A stretch of DNA of 64,000 bases from Alphaproteobacteria bacterium (GTDB lineage: Bacteria; Pseudomonadota; Alphaproteobacteria; Paracaedibacterales; VGCI01), in NCBI GenBank assembly GCA_016870095.1, contig VGCI01000008.1, forward strand, positions 6,307 through 70,306, in the 5' to 3' direction. How positions within the stretch are numbered: position 1 is the first letter of the stretch; every line of letters starts with the position of its first letter. The notes beneath the pieces are model-generated. The model saw only the letters and a list, made by a program, of their open reading frames with translations. It had not been told where the DNA came from and ran no database searches. The position numbers and the translations under genes were made by a program. Shown here one piece after another: positions 48,191 to 58,390 of the stretch.

Positions 48191-50032
48191 TTACTTAATT
48201 AACGAAACCAAGTTAGTTAGTTCAACTTGATTCGCAGCGGCGTGATTAATTACATCATCGCCAAATATATAATCACCAGCCTTAATTCCTGCCGCAGCAG
48301 CAACCAAATCTGCACTCTCGATGATTGCTACATGGTTTACATCAATGCGTGCTGCATCAGCCGTAAATGGATTATTAGTAAGTTGAGTAATTTCAATAAC
48401 TGCCTTCCCATGTCCATCATCAAGATTTAGAATTTTCGCGCTAAATCGAGGCACATAATTTGCACCAGGATGAGCAGCTTCTGCTCGTTGCATGACAGCA
48501 GCGACGGCCTCAACTAATCCAACATCCGGCGCAGCAACTGCCAAACCAGCAGCACGAACTTGGTTCAAACTAGGCGCAGCTAAGGGATTTTGGCCTAATT
48601 GATTGTTCATAAGTAACAATGCACCCTTAACATTCTCATCGAGAGCATCAGCATCCGGTAAGTTACCAACAAAATCTGTAATTTCTGGACTAATGTGTGC
48701 CTTGTTAACTTGAGCATCTGTTAGGCGGGAAAGCCCCATCAATTCAACAACAGTTGGAGCATCAGGGTTACCCCAAGCATCTGTATTCTCTGTTAGAGAA
48801 GTAGTATATAATGGCACAGTGTAAAAAGGTAAGGTGCTTGGACGTGCCAAACGTTCATCAGCGCGGAAACGACTCACTACATCAATGTCAGATGTCGTAA
48901 TTTCTCTATCAGAGCCTAATAATTTAACTTTATTTGCAAGTATTTCCATAGCCGCATCAGCTTGTGCAGGAATTATATCTATCAACACATTACCAGTTTC
49001 ACGTATCAAATTAAGGCGCTCCAATTCTCCTAATGCCTTACTGACATGGTCTAAACGAATTTTAGAATTAGGTGTTAACTTATTGTCAGCATTAAGGGCA
49101 ATAGCTGGATAACCAAGTTCATGTTCAATATAATAGGAAAGAATGACAAGTTTATCAAAAGATTCGTCACCAGATAACGGACTTAAATTAAGAGCAATTT
49201 CAATAATCTCATTATTAATATCAGTTTTAGAAGTCTCAGGATTAGACTTAAGTGCTAGACTAAGATTTTTAATTAAATTAAAATCATTTAAAGCCGGATT
49301 ATCTTCACCTCGTGCTGAAAATGCCAGAAGAGTTTCAACATCAATTTTCTGAGGATTATCAATTTTAACATGAGCATTTCCACCACCGGCTAACTCACCT
49401 TTTTCAAGTTGCACAAATGCCTCTTCACGATCAGCATTAATTTCTGCGGCTTGGTAGCCAATATTAGCAAGCTTAACTTTTACGACAACAGGTAATGTAT
49501 CATTAACAGTAAGATTAACCCCAGTTCCATCTCTTACGGCTTTTAATTCCTGAAACGCTTGAACTTGGGATTTCATGAAAAGAGGGTGAGTTAGTACTAA
49601 CTCAGAAATTATTGGATCTTGTATAGCAGCAATTGTACGAGCGTCAGTAACATCATGGCCCGCATCATGTAGGAAAGAGATTTTTTGCAAAACATCTGCC
49701 GTTAGGCCATCATGATCAACCAGACCAAAACTACCATTTCTGACAGCTTCATCAATTGCAGCAGCTTTATCTGCAATGACAGCAGCCGGTGCTTTTGGAG
49801 CAACATTTACAGCTGCTAAGACCGAATGAGCATCAGGACGATTAAGTTCTGGCAGATTTCGCACATGCCTTACCGCATCTGGGCGTGAAACAAGCTGCGT
49901 AGCTTGTTTAGGTGTTCCCTCAAAATTTTCAAAACCTGGCACACATTTCAAAAATGCTTTATCTATTGCAAAAGTCGCTGGTGTAATTGATGAGATCAAA
50001 AGACCTAATGCAATTTTCTTTGATATATTCAT
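48191..50032 (-). CDS. hypothetical large secreted protein (613 aa)
   Basis: Signal peptide 'MNISKKIALGLLISSITPATFA'. I recognise no family. Ala/Asp/Asn-rich. It lies directly downstream of a beta-barrel OMP gene. Confidence 0.7.
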   Translation of the reverse strand: MNISKKIALGLLISSITPATFAIDKAFLKCVPGFENFEGTPKQATQLVSRPDAVRHVRNLPELNRPDAHSVLAAVNVAPKAPAAVIADKAAAIDEAVRNGSFGLVDHDGLTADVLQKISFLHDAGHDVTDARTIAAIQDPIISELVLTHPLFMKSQVQAFQELKAVRDGTGVNLTVNDTLPVVVKVKLANIGYQAAEINADREEAFVQLEKGELAGGGNAHVKIDNPQKIDVETLLAFSARGEDNPALNDFNLIKNLSLALKSNPETSKTDINNEIIEIALNLSPLSGDESFDKLVILSYYIEHELGYPAIALNADNKLTPNSKIRLDHVSKALGELERLNLIRETGNVLIDIIPAQADAAMEILANKVKLLGSDREITTSDIDVVSRFRADERLARPSTLPFYTVPLYTTSLTENTDAWGNPDAPTVVELMGLSRLTDAQVNKAHISPEITDFVGNLPDADALDENVKGALLLMNNQLGQNPLAAPSLNQVRAAGLAVAAPDVGLVEAVAAVMQRAEAAHPGANYVPRFSAKILNLDDGHGKAVIEITQLTNNPFTADAARIDVNHVAIIESADLVAAAAGIKAGDYIFGDDVINHAAANQVELTNLVSLIK

Positions 50033-50179
50033 ATTTTATTTCCTCTATATAATTAATATTAATAATATTATTCCTGAAATTTTAGCCAGGTATTTATTGT
50101 TATAGTGTATATAAGAATCTATTTTTTAATTTCAACATAAAAAATATTACTCTAAACTTTAAAACCAAAAATTACATAC

Positions 50180-50914
50180 TTAAAATTTATAAACTGCACC
50201 AACTTTAAGTGTTAAATATTTTGGTTTAATTGATGATAAATAAGATGCACCTGTACCAAATTTTGCAGCATCTTGAAACGTTTTGCTTACTTTGCCATAA
50301 ATTTCATAACTTAAATTTCCTGTAAAAGAAACATTTGGTGAAGCAGCATATTCAATACCGACAGACGGGACGATCCCAATTTTGTTTTGATTTGCACTAG
50401 CAGATGAACCTACAACAGCACCAGCAACTCCCGTTACAGTCTGCTTAAACCTTGAGATGGCCAAACCTAATCCTAAAGATGCATGCCAACGCCCACAAAA
50501 TACCTTACCTAAAGTTACACTGGGAATAATGCTATAAGTTTTCTTTAATTGGTTATTTACTGTGCTGTCCGCAGGTGTATTAGCAAAGAACTGAAATTGT
50601 TTATCTAACTGGTTGTTGGAAAATACGTTTGCTTCTATATTAAAACCAAAAGTTGAATCCTGATTGAAAACAGTACGGTATCCCGCCAAAATTCCAAATA
50701 ATGCTGCCGTTTTATTTGCTGAGCTACTGAAAGAGGTACTTGTTACGCCCCCAATTGCTGGAGGATTAAATGTGGAATTAAATTTTCCATTTCCGAAAGA
50801 AGCACCAACTTGTGCGCCCGCTAAAAAGCCAGTTTTGTAAAATGAGTGTGCTAAGGATGGGGTTATACAAACAGTTGCTAAAAGCGCCCCATATACTACT
50901 GATTTCTTTAACAT
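50180..50914 (-). CDS. outer-membrane beta-barrel protein (Omp25/Omp31-like OMP_b-brl type)
   Basis: ATG at 50914 follows AAGGAGA. Signal peptide 'MLKKSVVYGALLATVCITPSLA'. Alternating amphipathic strands. C-terminal 'LTLKVGAVYKF' ends in Phe. Confidence 0.8.
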   Translation of the reverse strand: MLKKSVVYGALLATVCITPSLAHSFYKTGFLAGAQVGASFGNGKFNSTFNPPAIGGVTSTSFSSSANKTAALFGILAGYRTVFNQDSTFGFNIEANVFSNNQLDKQFQFFANTPADSTVNNQLKKTYSIIPSVTLGKVFCGRWHASLGLGLAISRFKQTVTGVAGAVVGSSASANQNKIGIVPSVGIEYAASPNVSFTGNLSYEIYGKVSKTFQDAAKFGTGASYLSSIKPKYLTLKVGAVYKF

Positions 50915-51452
50915 TAAATTGGTCTCCTTAAAATAGATAATCAAATATGCTCAACCTATGAGCTTTTAAAGAACTTTTTTTCGTTCATTATTCGTTAACT
51001 TAACCCAAAGAGCTTTTACGTACAAGCCTAAAAATACCTCATATAGTGAACTAGCCATTTCGCGAATTTAAGGGGAAATAGACCACAATTTTTTCTTGGT
51101 TTATACTCTTGTTTTTTAATGAAATTACAATTTACAATTAGAAATTATATTATCCTATCTTGTTAGTTGCGACAATTTAACGCCAAGAGAAAAATGATTT
51201 GCTACCTATTATTTCCCAAATTTACAGTTAACTAACATTTTTCTTAATCTTTAGGATGTGGTGAAAACGTTAGAAGTCAATTTTTTACTTTTTGATAAAT
51301 ATAATTTTGAAATATCTAATACCAAATTTATAAAATTTATTAATTATTCGTGAACAGTATATAACATATATTAGCTTACAAAATCCTTATTAGAATCTGC
51401 AAAAATATAATGGATATGGGTATTGTTATACACCTTGTCTATTAACATCAAT

Positions 51453-54134
51453 TTATTCGGCTGAATTCCCTGAAGACACCATAATGACTGCACCAGGATT
51501 GGTTAAATCTGGTATCAATCCCATGGACATGACAATTTCACCTTTCCCTAAAGTTCCATCTCCCTTTAGGCGATTCAGGTGAGCCAAATGAGCATTTGCT
51601 ATTTTAAAACCCGTTGTGCCCGGTTGGGTATGGGATCCCTCTGTATGGTTTAATAATCTGTCTCGAACCGGCTCTAAAGCAACAGGCAGAGGAGCACCTC
51701 CTCCTTGCATAGCAATAATATCCGTTAAGGGAATCAAGTGAAAATAGTGATATCCCTCTTGTACATCTTTGAGATGCCCCAAAATCAACGGTAGGGTGCC
51801 AACTGGTTGTCCAGCAAAACCTTCTTGAATGGCGATAGCTATAGCTCGCTTACGTTCTTGATGATCATCTCCTTTCGCCACTGCATCAATTTGCGGTAAT
51901 GTAGGTTGCGGGGTAGGCTGACTAGCATGACGAGCAGGCTGTTGCCAATCTTGCAAATATACCATGGCATCAATGCGAGCAAGAGAGGGCGTCGCATCCA
52001 AAACATTTCCCCCTCCAAAGCCCCATCCCCCTGCAGGTGCAGGCGCTTGAAGCCCCATCGTGGCCCGCACTTCCTGTTCGGAAGGATTTGCCTTATTGAT
52101 AAGGGAACCTTGCAAATGAACAATGGCGTTCAATTGCGCAAGACTCGGAATAAGATAAGCCGGATGAGCTGCCCCCAGCCTCCTTTGAAGGTATGCCATC
52201 CCATTGATTTGGGCTAAGGTTGGCTTTTTAATTCCTAAGCCCCGATTTGAGGTACGTCGAAGTTGGACCGTTGCCTGGATTTGATCCCAATCTGGATTTT
52301 TAAGAGGGGGCGTGCCTAAAAACTTACCCGGATCCGTTTGCAGATATTTCGTGGCTTCCAAATCCCGAGCTGTATAGCCACCTTGTTGATGACCCAGCAA
52401 ACATTTTGCAGCGTTTATCGTCTTGATATCTGGTCGAGGAGTCGCCGGGACATCTCCGTGCCCATTTTGAAGATCAACAGTAGCGGATAAGTCATCTGCC
52501 TTAAAATCTGGGAGGGGAAGTGACTTCAAAAATTTAGCAGCAACAACTTGGGCTTGAGTCGGGGACGGCAAATTTAATCCCGCCTTATCTTGTAATTGAG
52601 CCACGACAGCAACATCCTCAGCGTCAGGTTTGGCTATTTCAAGACCACCCTCGATTGCTTGGGTGCGCAAATAGACTGTCGCTTTAATGTCTTCTTTTTT
52701 AGGTAAAGGAAGAATCGCCGCTCCCCAACCCGGAGACATTAAATATAAAGCGGCATCGATCTCTGCTGCAGCGGGTGCCTCTATAGATAAGGTATTTTGA
52801 AGGTAGATTACAGGGTCTAGCCGCTCAAGTGTTTTGGGGCTTTCATTCAAACCATCCGGATTCACGAGATGTGCCATTGCCACAACATCGAAACGCGTGG
52901 GATTGGTCTTTTTTAAATCAACAAGGCGCAAATATCCAAGCACATGTTTCATTTCTGGGTGGCTCATATTCAGTTTCGCCGGATTTCGAAGTGTTGCAAC
53001 AGCATTCACAAATGAAGCATCTGGTTTTTGGAGACCCATATCGATAATATAGGCCATAGCATGTACTTGCTCAGCATTAGGATTTTGAATAATAGGTATA
53101 CCGCCTGGGTTTTGAAGTGTGAAAGCGGCTCTTAAGTCTTGAAGGGTACAACCAGGCAGTCCCTCATCTCTTGCTAGCCGTATACCTTCTTTCAGCAATT
53201 CAGAATCTGGAGCCGTTATGCCCATTTCCTTTTGTCGAAGTCCTTCTGTAATGTCTTCTAGACCTGCCCTTAGTCCAAGTTTGATTTGCCGTAATCCCTC
53301 CTCAATTTGAAGACGATCCGGTTGAAGATCTGCTTTTAAGGCCGCTAAACGAAGACTTTCCCTGATTTCATCCGAATTCAAAGTTTGATCGACCCCTATC
53401 AACTTCGCCACCATTTTAATTTCCGCATCCGTTGGCGATGCGACGCCAGATTGCTGCAATAGTTTCGTTGCGCGCATTTGAGGTAGAGATGGCTCTAGAA
53501 TAGCTGCAGATAAACGACCATCCGGATTTTGTTGGAGATACAGAGCATAAGGCAATAAATCACCCATTGTATCAAGCATTCTAGCCTTTGCAAAATGTCG
53601 GCTCGCCCTAATTTCTTCATCACTTGGTGTCGTTTTGCCTAAAGCCATCAGGGCTTTCTGCCCCAAATATCCATGAACAATATCCAGAGGCTGTGTCCCG
53701 GGTAACGCTGCGTTATGAGCATCTCTATACTCAAAGGCTGATAAAGAATAGCCAAGCGGTTGCACGACTGTTCGAAATACATCTAACACATGATTCTGGT
53801 CACATAATGCTTTCGCTTGTTGTGGGCTCGGGGAGGTTATGCCGAATGCTGTTAATTGTTGGACAGCCCTGTGTTGTGCCGCAATTTCTGGAATGGGCGT
53901 ATGAATAGGATTGGAATCATGAACCGTTATAAACCCTGCCAAATCATTATGAGCTCCCTCCGGCATCCCTTGCAAAGCAAGTTTTGCTGCAATATCTTTT
54001 CGCTCATAAAGTTGGGCAGCAGCATGGGGGTCAACATGAATTCCGTGGTGCGCGAGAACACTTTGTTGTGATGCTTCACAAAGAGTTGAGAGCATGAACA
54101 TAGCCGCTAAAGAGTATGCTTTTTTCATATCCAT
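51453..54134 (-). CDS. hypothetical large secreted repeat protein (about 890 aa)
   Basis: ATG at 54134 or 54128 follows AAGGAGA. Signal peptide 'MKKAYSLAAMFMLSTLCEA'. It carries 20 or more copies of a roughly 15-aa motif of the type P-[ST]-x-x-[QED]-[IVL]-x-A-x-x-[YHx]-L-Q. Confidence 0.75.
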   Translation of the reverse strand: MDMKKAYSLAAMFMLSTLCEASQQSVLAHHGIHVDPHAAAQLYERKDIAAKLALQGMPEGAHNDLAGFITVHDSNPIHTPIPEIAAQHRAVQQLTAFGITSPSPQQAKALCDQNHVLDVFRTVVQPLGYSLSAFEYRDAHNAALPGTQPLDIVHGYLGQKALMALGKTTPSDEEIRASRHFAKARMLDTMGDLLPYALYLQQNPDGRLSAAILEPSLPQMRATKLLQQSGVASPTDAEIKMVAKLIGVDQTLNSDEIRESLRLAALKADLQPDRLQIEEGLRQIKLGLRAGLEDITEGLRQKEMGITAPDSELLKEGIRLARDEGLPGCTLQDLRAAFTLQNPGGIPIIQNPNAEQVHAMAYIIDMGLQKPDASFVNAVATLRNPAKLNMSHPEMKHVLGYLRLVDLKKTNPTRFDVVAMAHLVNPDGLNESPKTLERLDPVIYLQNTLSIEAPAAAEIDAALYLMSPGWGAAILPLPKKEDIKATVYLRTQAIEGGLEIAKPDAEDVAVVAQLQDKAGLNLPSPTQAQVVAAKFLKSLPLPDFKADDLSATVDLQNGHGDVPATPRPDIKTINAAKCLLGHQQGGYTARDLEATKYLQTDPGKFLGTPPLKNPDWDQIQATVQLRRTSNRGLGIKKPTLAQINGMAYLQRRLGAAHPAYLIPSLAQLNAIVHLQGSLINKANPSEQEVRATMGLQAPAPAGGWGFGGGNVLDATPSLARIDAMVYLQDWQQPARHASQPTPQPTLPQIDAVAKGDDHQERKRAIAIAIQEGFAGQPVGTLPLILGHLKDVQEGYHYFHLIPLTDIIAMQGGGAPLPVALEPVRDRLLNHTEGSHTQPGTTGFKIANAHLAHLNRLKGDGTLGKGEIVMSMGLIPDLTNPGAVIMVSSGNSAE

Positions 54135-54217
54135 CGTTATGTCTCCTTGTCTTGTGTATTTCTGATCAACCGAGGTGGGATATGCCATCCCAGAAGCAAT
54201 AAATCGCTTTTTTCGCC

Positions 54218-54925
54218 CTAAAACTTAAATACAAATCCACCTTTTAAGGTTAAGTAGCGCGGACTAATTGAGGTTGTATAGTTGCTGCCTTGTAATGCAG
54301 GAGCAACTCGTGAATTATAAACGTTTTTAACCCTGTTATAAATTTCGTAAGTGGCGTTGCCAATAAGCGATACATTCCCTGTCGTGGCATATTCAAACCC
54401 TAATGAAGGCGCAAAACTTATGTGTGTGGAAGAGGCTCTAACCGTAACGCCCCCTGCCCGATTATCAACAAATAAGTGAAATCTTGACACTCCCATACCA
54501 ATACTTAATGTTGCTAAAAATCTATTACTCAGAAATGTTCCTAATGTTACGTTAGGAATAATGTTGTAGGTGCGTTTTAGGCGATTTACGAATGTTGAAG
54601 AGATTTGCACAAACTGTTTACGAATATCACTTAAGCCCACATAATTAGCCGAAACATCAATGCCCAATGTGTATCCAGGCATAAAAACTTCCCGATATCC
54701 CCCAACGACGCCAAATAGGGCAGATGAGTTACTGCCCGTCCCGGACACAAATGCGGTAGTATCTACAGGAAACGGTGTATAAAAATTTGAATTAAAAGTG
54801 CCTGTACTGTGAACGTATCCAACTTGCGCACCGGCAGTGAAACCTGTTTTTATCAGGCAATTATCTGCTAGCGTTGAAGCGGCTCCAAAACAGAATAATG
54901 CTAACCCAAGAGAAATTTTCTTCAT
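54218..54925 (-). CDS. outer-membrane beta-barrel protein, paralog of 50180-50914
   Basis: ATG at 54925 gives the signal peptide 'MKKISLGLALFCFGAASTLA'. It is colinear with the other OMP (KTGF-AGAQVG, ALFG--GGYR-VF, TY-IIP-VTLG, YEIY, YLTLK-G-V-KF). Confidence 0.8.
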   Translation of the reverse strand: MKKISLGLALFCFGAASTLADNCLIKTGFTAGAQVGYVHSTGTFNSNFYTPFPVDTTAFVSGTGSNSSALFGVVGGYREVFMPGYTLGIDVSANYVGLSDIRKQFVQISSTFVNRLKRTYNIIPNVTLGTFLSNRFLATLSIGMGVSRFHLFVDNRAGGVTVRASSTHISFAPSLGFEYATTGNVSLIGNATYEIYNRVKNVYNSRVAPALQGSNYTTSISPRYLTLKGGFVFKF

Positions 54926-55131
54926 CAGCGCGGTCTTTCTCGTTAAAGTTGAAATGCACAATTTTCCATAAAAAGACTTTTATATTAGATCCTAAAAATA
55001 GCGTATCTAATTTAAGAAAAGCGCACAAGTAATTAAAATTTTATTAATAATTATAATGAAATTTAAAAAAGAAAATATACTGGAGGAACAATCTTTGCTT
55101 ATCTGACAAATTTATCGGAATTATATGCTGC

Positions 55132-56616
55132 CTAATCACAGGTATTGGAAGACGAAAGATTTACTACATTTGTCGCCTCAAATGTTTCCCAACCTCCCCC
55201 AAGCCCCTTATAAAGAGACACTAAATTTAAGGAAACTGTTGTTTGACTTTGAAGAGCCATAAGCTGGGCATTTAAGACTGACAATTTAGCCTGGATGACA
55301 TCTAAGTAACTGTTTAATCCACTTTTATAGCGATGTAGAGTGAGTTTATAAACGCGATCTAGGCTCGTCACTTGCTCTTTGAGTTGGTCATGTCGTTTCG
55401 ATTCAGTCGCATAAGAAACTAAGCCATTTTCAACCTCTTCAAGGGCTGTGAGTATGCTTTTCTGATATGCAAACAAAGCTTCATCTTTTTGAGCATATTT
55501 TGCATCAATTTGGGCTTGAATTTTTCCAAAATCAAATATGGGAATGGTAAAACTCAATCCATACTGCCAAAAGTTACTACCTGAATTAAATAAATGTCGA
55601 GGTTGATTTCTTTGGAAACCATAATTTCCTGTTAATTGAAATTGGGGAAACAATGCAGCTTTTGCTGTGCCGATTTGCGCTGTCGCAGAGGCTAACAATT
55701 TTTCGCTTGCCCGAATATCTGGCCGTCGAGTTATCAGCTCAAAAGGAAGACCTGCTATTACTTTTTCTGACGAAGAAGGAATAACTCCCCCAGTTAAAAG
55801 TTGAGGATAGAGGGCTGTGGGGTCTTTTCCTAACAAAATACTCAAATGATGAAGGGTAATTTTAATGCTTGCTTCAAGAGGCTGCAATAAAGCCGAGGCT
55901 TGATCAAGTGCGCTTCGCGCCGTTAGGGTTGTGATCTGACTATTGAGACCCGTCTTCTCAAGACTTGCCTGTAACTTTAGATTTTCTGTCCACAAAGTCA
56001 CAATTTCTTTTAACACGTCTCGCTGCTGTTGAGCACTACGCAAATTAATATAGTTCTGAGCAACGTCTGCAAGGAGGGTTAATAGGATTGCTCGAGCATT
56101 CTCTTCAACAGACTCTAAAATGGCTAATGCACTCTCCTCAGCTCTTTTTGCTCCTCCAAAAAAATCAAGTTCCCACGTAGCATCAAATCCCGCCATATAT
56201 TGGCTTGAATTTGTTGATTGAGAATTATTTGATGTATTCACCCCTGAAGAGGAGGTCAAGGTAGTCGAATTTCTTTGCACTTTAGAACCTGAGTAAGATT
56301 GACCCGCAGAACCTATACCCCTCAAGGTCGGGAATAGGTTTGCAACCACGCCTAAGTAACTCGCCCGGGCTTCACGAATACGAGCAAGGGCGGTCTGGTA
56401 ATCCATATTACTCTTTACGGCATCTTCAATTAACTTTTCAAGCTGTTCATCATGAAAGTTTTGCCACCATATAACTTCCCAGGGCTTTTGCCTTTCAGTT
56501 GCAGAAGATAGGGAATTTTTCCATGTTGAAGGAATTACGGTAATGGGGCGTTCATAATCAGGTCCAACGCAACTTGCAACAAGAAAAACAAGGGATAGGC
56601 TGACGTACTTACTCAT
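55132..56616 (-). CDS. efflux outer-membrane lipoprotein, NodT/OprM family
   Basis: 494 aa. Lipobox 'LVASC' followed by 'GPDYERP'. Two OEP repeats. The start overlaps the stop of the upstream adaptor gene. Confidence 0.9.
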   Translation of the reverse strand: MSKYVSLSLVFLVASCVGPDYERPITVIPSTWKNSLSSATERQKPWEVIWWQNFHDEQLEKLIEDAVKSNMDYQTALARIREARASYLGVVANLFPTLRGIGSAGQSYSGSKVQRNSTTLTSSSGVNTSNNSQSTNSSQYMAGFDATWELDFFGGAKRAEESALAILESVEENARAILLTLLADVAQNYINLRSAQQQRDVLKEIVTLWTENLKLQASLEKTGLNSQITTLTARSALDQASALLQPLEASIKITLHHLSILLGKDPTALYPQLLTGGVIPSSSEKVIAGLPFELITRRPDIRASEKLLASATAQIGTAKAALFPQFQLTGNYGFQRNQPRHLFNSGSNFWQYGLSFTIPIFDFGKIQAQIDAKYAQKDEALFAYQKSILTALEEVENGLVSYATESKRHDQLKEQVTSLDRVYKLTLHRYKSGLNSYLDVIQAKLSVLNAQLMALQSQTTVSLNLVSLYKGLGGGWETFEATNVVNLSSSNTCD

Positions 56617-57668
56617 AAAACAGCTTCCTGCAATTTCAAAACATTCTCATAAGAAAGAGATTCAGGGACTTCAATGAAAACATCAACTTGCTGACCGATA
56701 TAAACGGCGATCGGTGGGTTAGATTTAAATCGATAAATGGGTTGAAGAACGCGAATATCAACTCGTTCGCTCGAATCCCCTGTTAAAGATCTCTTCGGGA
56801 GGACATACGGCTCAACATGGTCATACTCTAACTCAATTCGAACAGCACTGTTGCCACGTAAATAAGCAATGGCAGATGCCCCGGGGGAAAAACGCCAAGC
56901 ATCATTTTCATCAATATTGATACGAACATGGGTTTGCTTAACATTCCCCACCAACATAAGGGGCGTCGTTAAGGGACCCACTTGCGCATACTCTCCGGGA
57001 TGAATATTAATTTGCAAAATTTCACAGTCTATAGGTGCTTTTATCGTCAAAATATCTAAATTGGTTTGACTTCGTTTGAGAGAGGCTTCAGCAATGCTTA
57101 AATCCGCTTGAGCAGCGAGAGATGCATTCTGCGCTATCAAATAAGCATTTTGGCGTGCTAAATAGTCATCCTGACTCATCGCACGACGATCTTTCAGATT
57201 TTGAGCCAGATCATACTTATCTTTCGCATCTTTCAAGGAGGCTTCAATTTGCTTCAACGTTGCCTTGGCTTTGTTCACGGTCGCTTTTTGCGTCACAATA
57301 TCATCTTGGGCCTGCCGGTTATCCAGCGAAAATAGGGGTGTACCTGCTTTCACTTGCGCACCAACATCAACAAAAATTTTATCAACCACACCACCAACTA
57401 ACGTACTCAATTCAATATTCTCACTCTCTGTTTCTACAAGGCCAGAACCCGCAATAAAACTTTTAAAATATGAAGCCGCTGGTGCCGTTAAGGGCACTGC
57501 TGTTCGAGGAGGACGTCGGCCATCATATATGAGAACCAGGCCACCTAATACTCCCATAACAGCAATGGTTCCTAAAATGACATCAAAACTATATTTACTT
57601 TTACGTAAAACCTGAAATTTCCCATATAAAAGATTAAAGATGTGTTTAATCAGTGCCTTAAGATTCAT
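56613..57668 (-). CDS. HlyD-family periplasmic adaptor (membrane fusion protein)
   Basis: 351 aa. N-terminal TM anchor, lipoyl-like hairpin 'VKAGTPLFSLD', a long coiled-coil hairpin and a beta-barrel domain. Confidence 0.85.
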   Translation of the reverse strand: MNLKALIKHIFNLLYGKFQVLRKSKYSFDVILGTIAVMGVLGGLVLIYDGRRPPRTAVPLTAPAASYFKSFIAGSGLVETESENIELSTLVGGVVDKIFVDVGAQVKAGTPLFSLDNRQAQDDIVTQKATVNKAKATLKQIEASLKDAKDKYDLAQNLKDRRAMSQDDYLARQNAYLIAQNASLAAQADLSIAEASLKRSQTNLDILTIKAPIDCEILQINIHPGEYAQVGPLTTPLMLVGNVKQTHVRINIDENDAWRFSPGASAIAYLRGNSAVRIELEYDHVEPYVLPKRSLTGDSSERVDIRVLQPIYRFKSNPPIAVYIGQQVDVFIEVPESLSYENVLKLQEAVL

Positions 57669-58377
57669 GTGTCATCGCCTCTGTCGCTTTAATAATTTTC
57701 AAAATTTGCCCATCTTCCATTTGAGCAATTCGGTCTGCAAAACCAAAAATGCGTACATCGTGTGTAACGACAACAAGTGTACGACCCTTGGCCGTGGCCA
57801 AAGACTTCATCAATTCCATGACTTTACGACCCGTTTCAGCATCTAAGGCACTGGTGGGTTCATCACAAACAACAAGTTTCGGGTCATGGATAATGGCCCG
57901 TGCAATAGCCACACGTTGCTGTTGTCCCCCTGACAACTGGCCTGGTAAGGATTCTTGCCGTCCTTCCAGGCCCATCTTTCCCAATAGGAGTGTTGCCCGC
58001 TGGATGGCTTCTTTCAAAAGAACTCCATTTATAATAAGGGGAATAGAAACATTTTCAGCCGCAGTTAATGTTGGCATGAGATTGAATTGCTGAAACACAA
58101 AACCAACATTTTGGGCACGAAAAAGAAGCCGGTGCTGCTCAATCAAGTTATTAACATCTTCCCCATAAACTCGACAGTCTCCCTCAGTCTGCTCTAAAAT
58201 ACCCGCAATAATAGATATAAGAGTCGTTTTTCCACATCCTGATGGACCCGCTAAAATCAAAAGCTCCCCTTCAATAACGTCTAGGTTTACCCCCCGTAAT
58301 GCTTGAACTTGGTTATTACCTACCCCATAGGTTTTCCGAATATTTTGACATTGAACAGCGTATTTTGTTTGACCCAT
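57658..58377 (-). CDS. ABC transporter ATP-binding protein (MacB/DevA/LolD-like)
   Basis: Starts at 'MGQTKYAV'. Walker A 'GPSGCGKTT', signature '[14 protein letters not shown]', Walker B 'VVCDEPTSALD'. Confidence 0.9.
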   Translation of the reverse strand: MGQTKYAVQCQNIRKTYGVGNNQVQALRGVNLDVIEGELLILAGPSGCGKTTLISIIAGILEQTEGDCRVYGEDVNNLIEQHRLLFRAQNVGFVFQQFNLMPTLTAAENVSIPLIINGVLLKEAIQRATLLLGKMGLEGRQESLPGQLSGGQQQRVAIARAIIHDPKLVVCDEPTSALDAETGRKVMELMKSLATAKGRTLVVVTHDVRIFGFADRIAQMEDGQILKIIKATEAMTHES

Positions 58378-58390
58378 GATAAAGCTACCC

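Noticed and set aside
57122-58093. Plus-strand ORFs 57122-57457, 57265-57615 and 57749-58093 opposite the HlyD and ABC ATPase genes. The same applies to 61149-61895 opposite lolD, 61955-62275 opposite the LolC/E-family gene, and 35316-35993 opposite dxs.
   Set aside because: All are antisense shadows of strongly supported genes with Walker, signature or TPP motifs on the minus strand.
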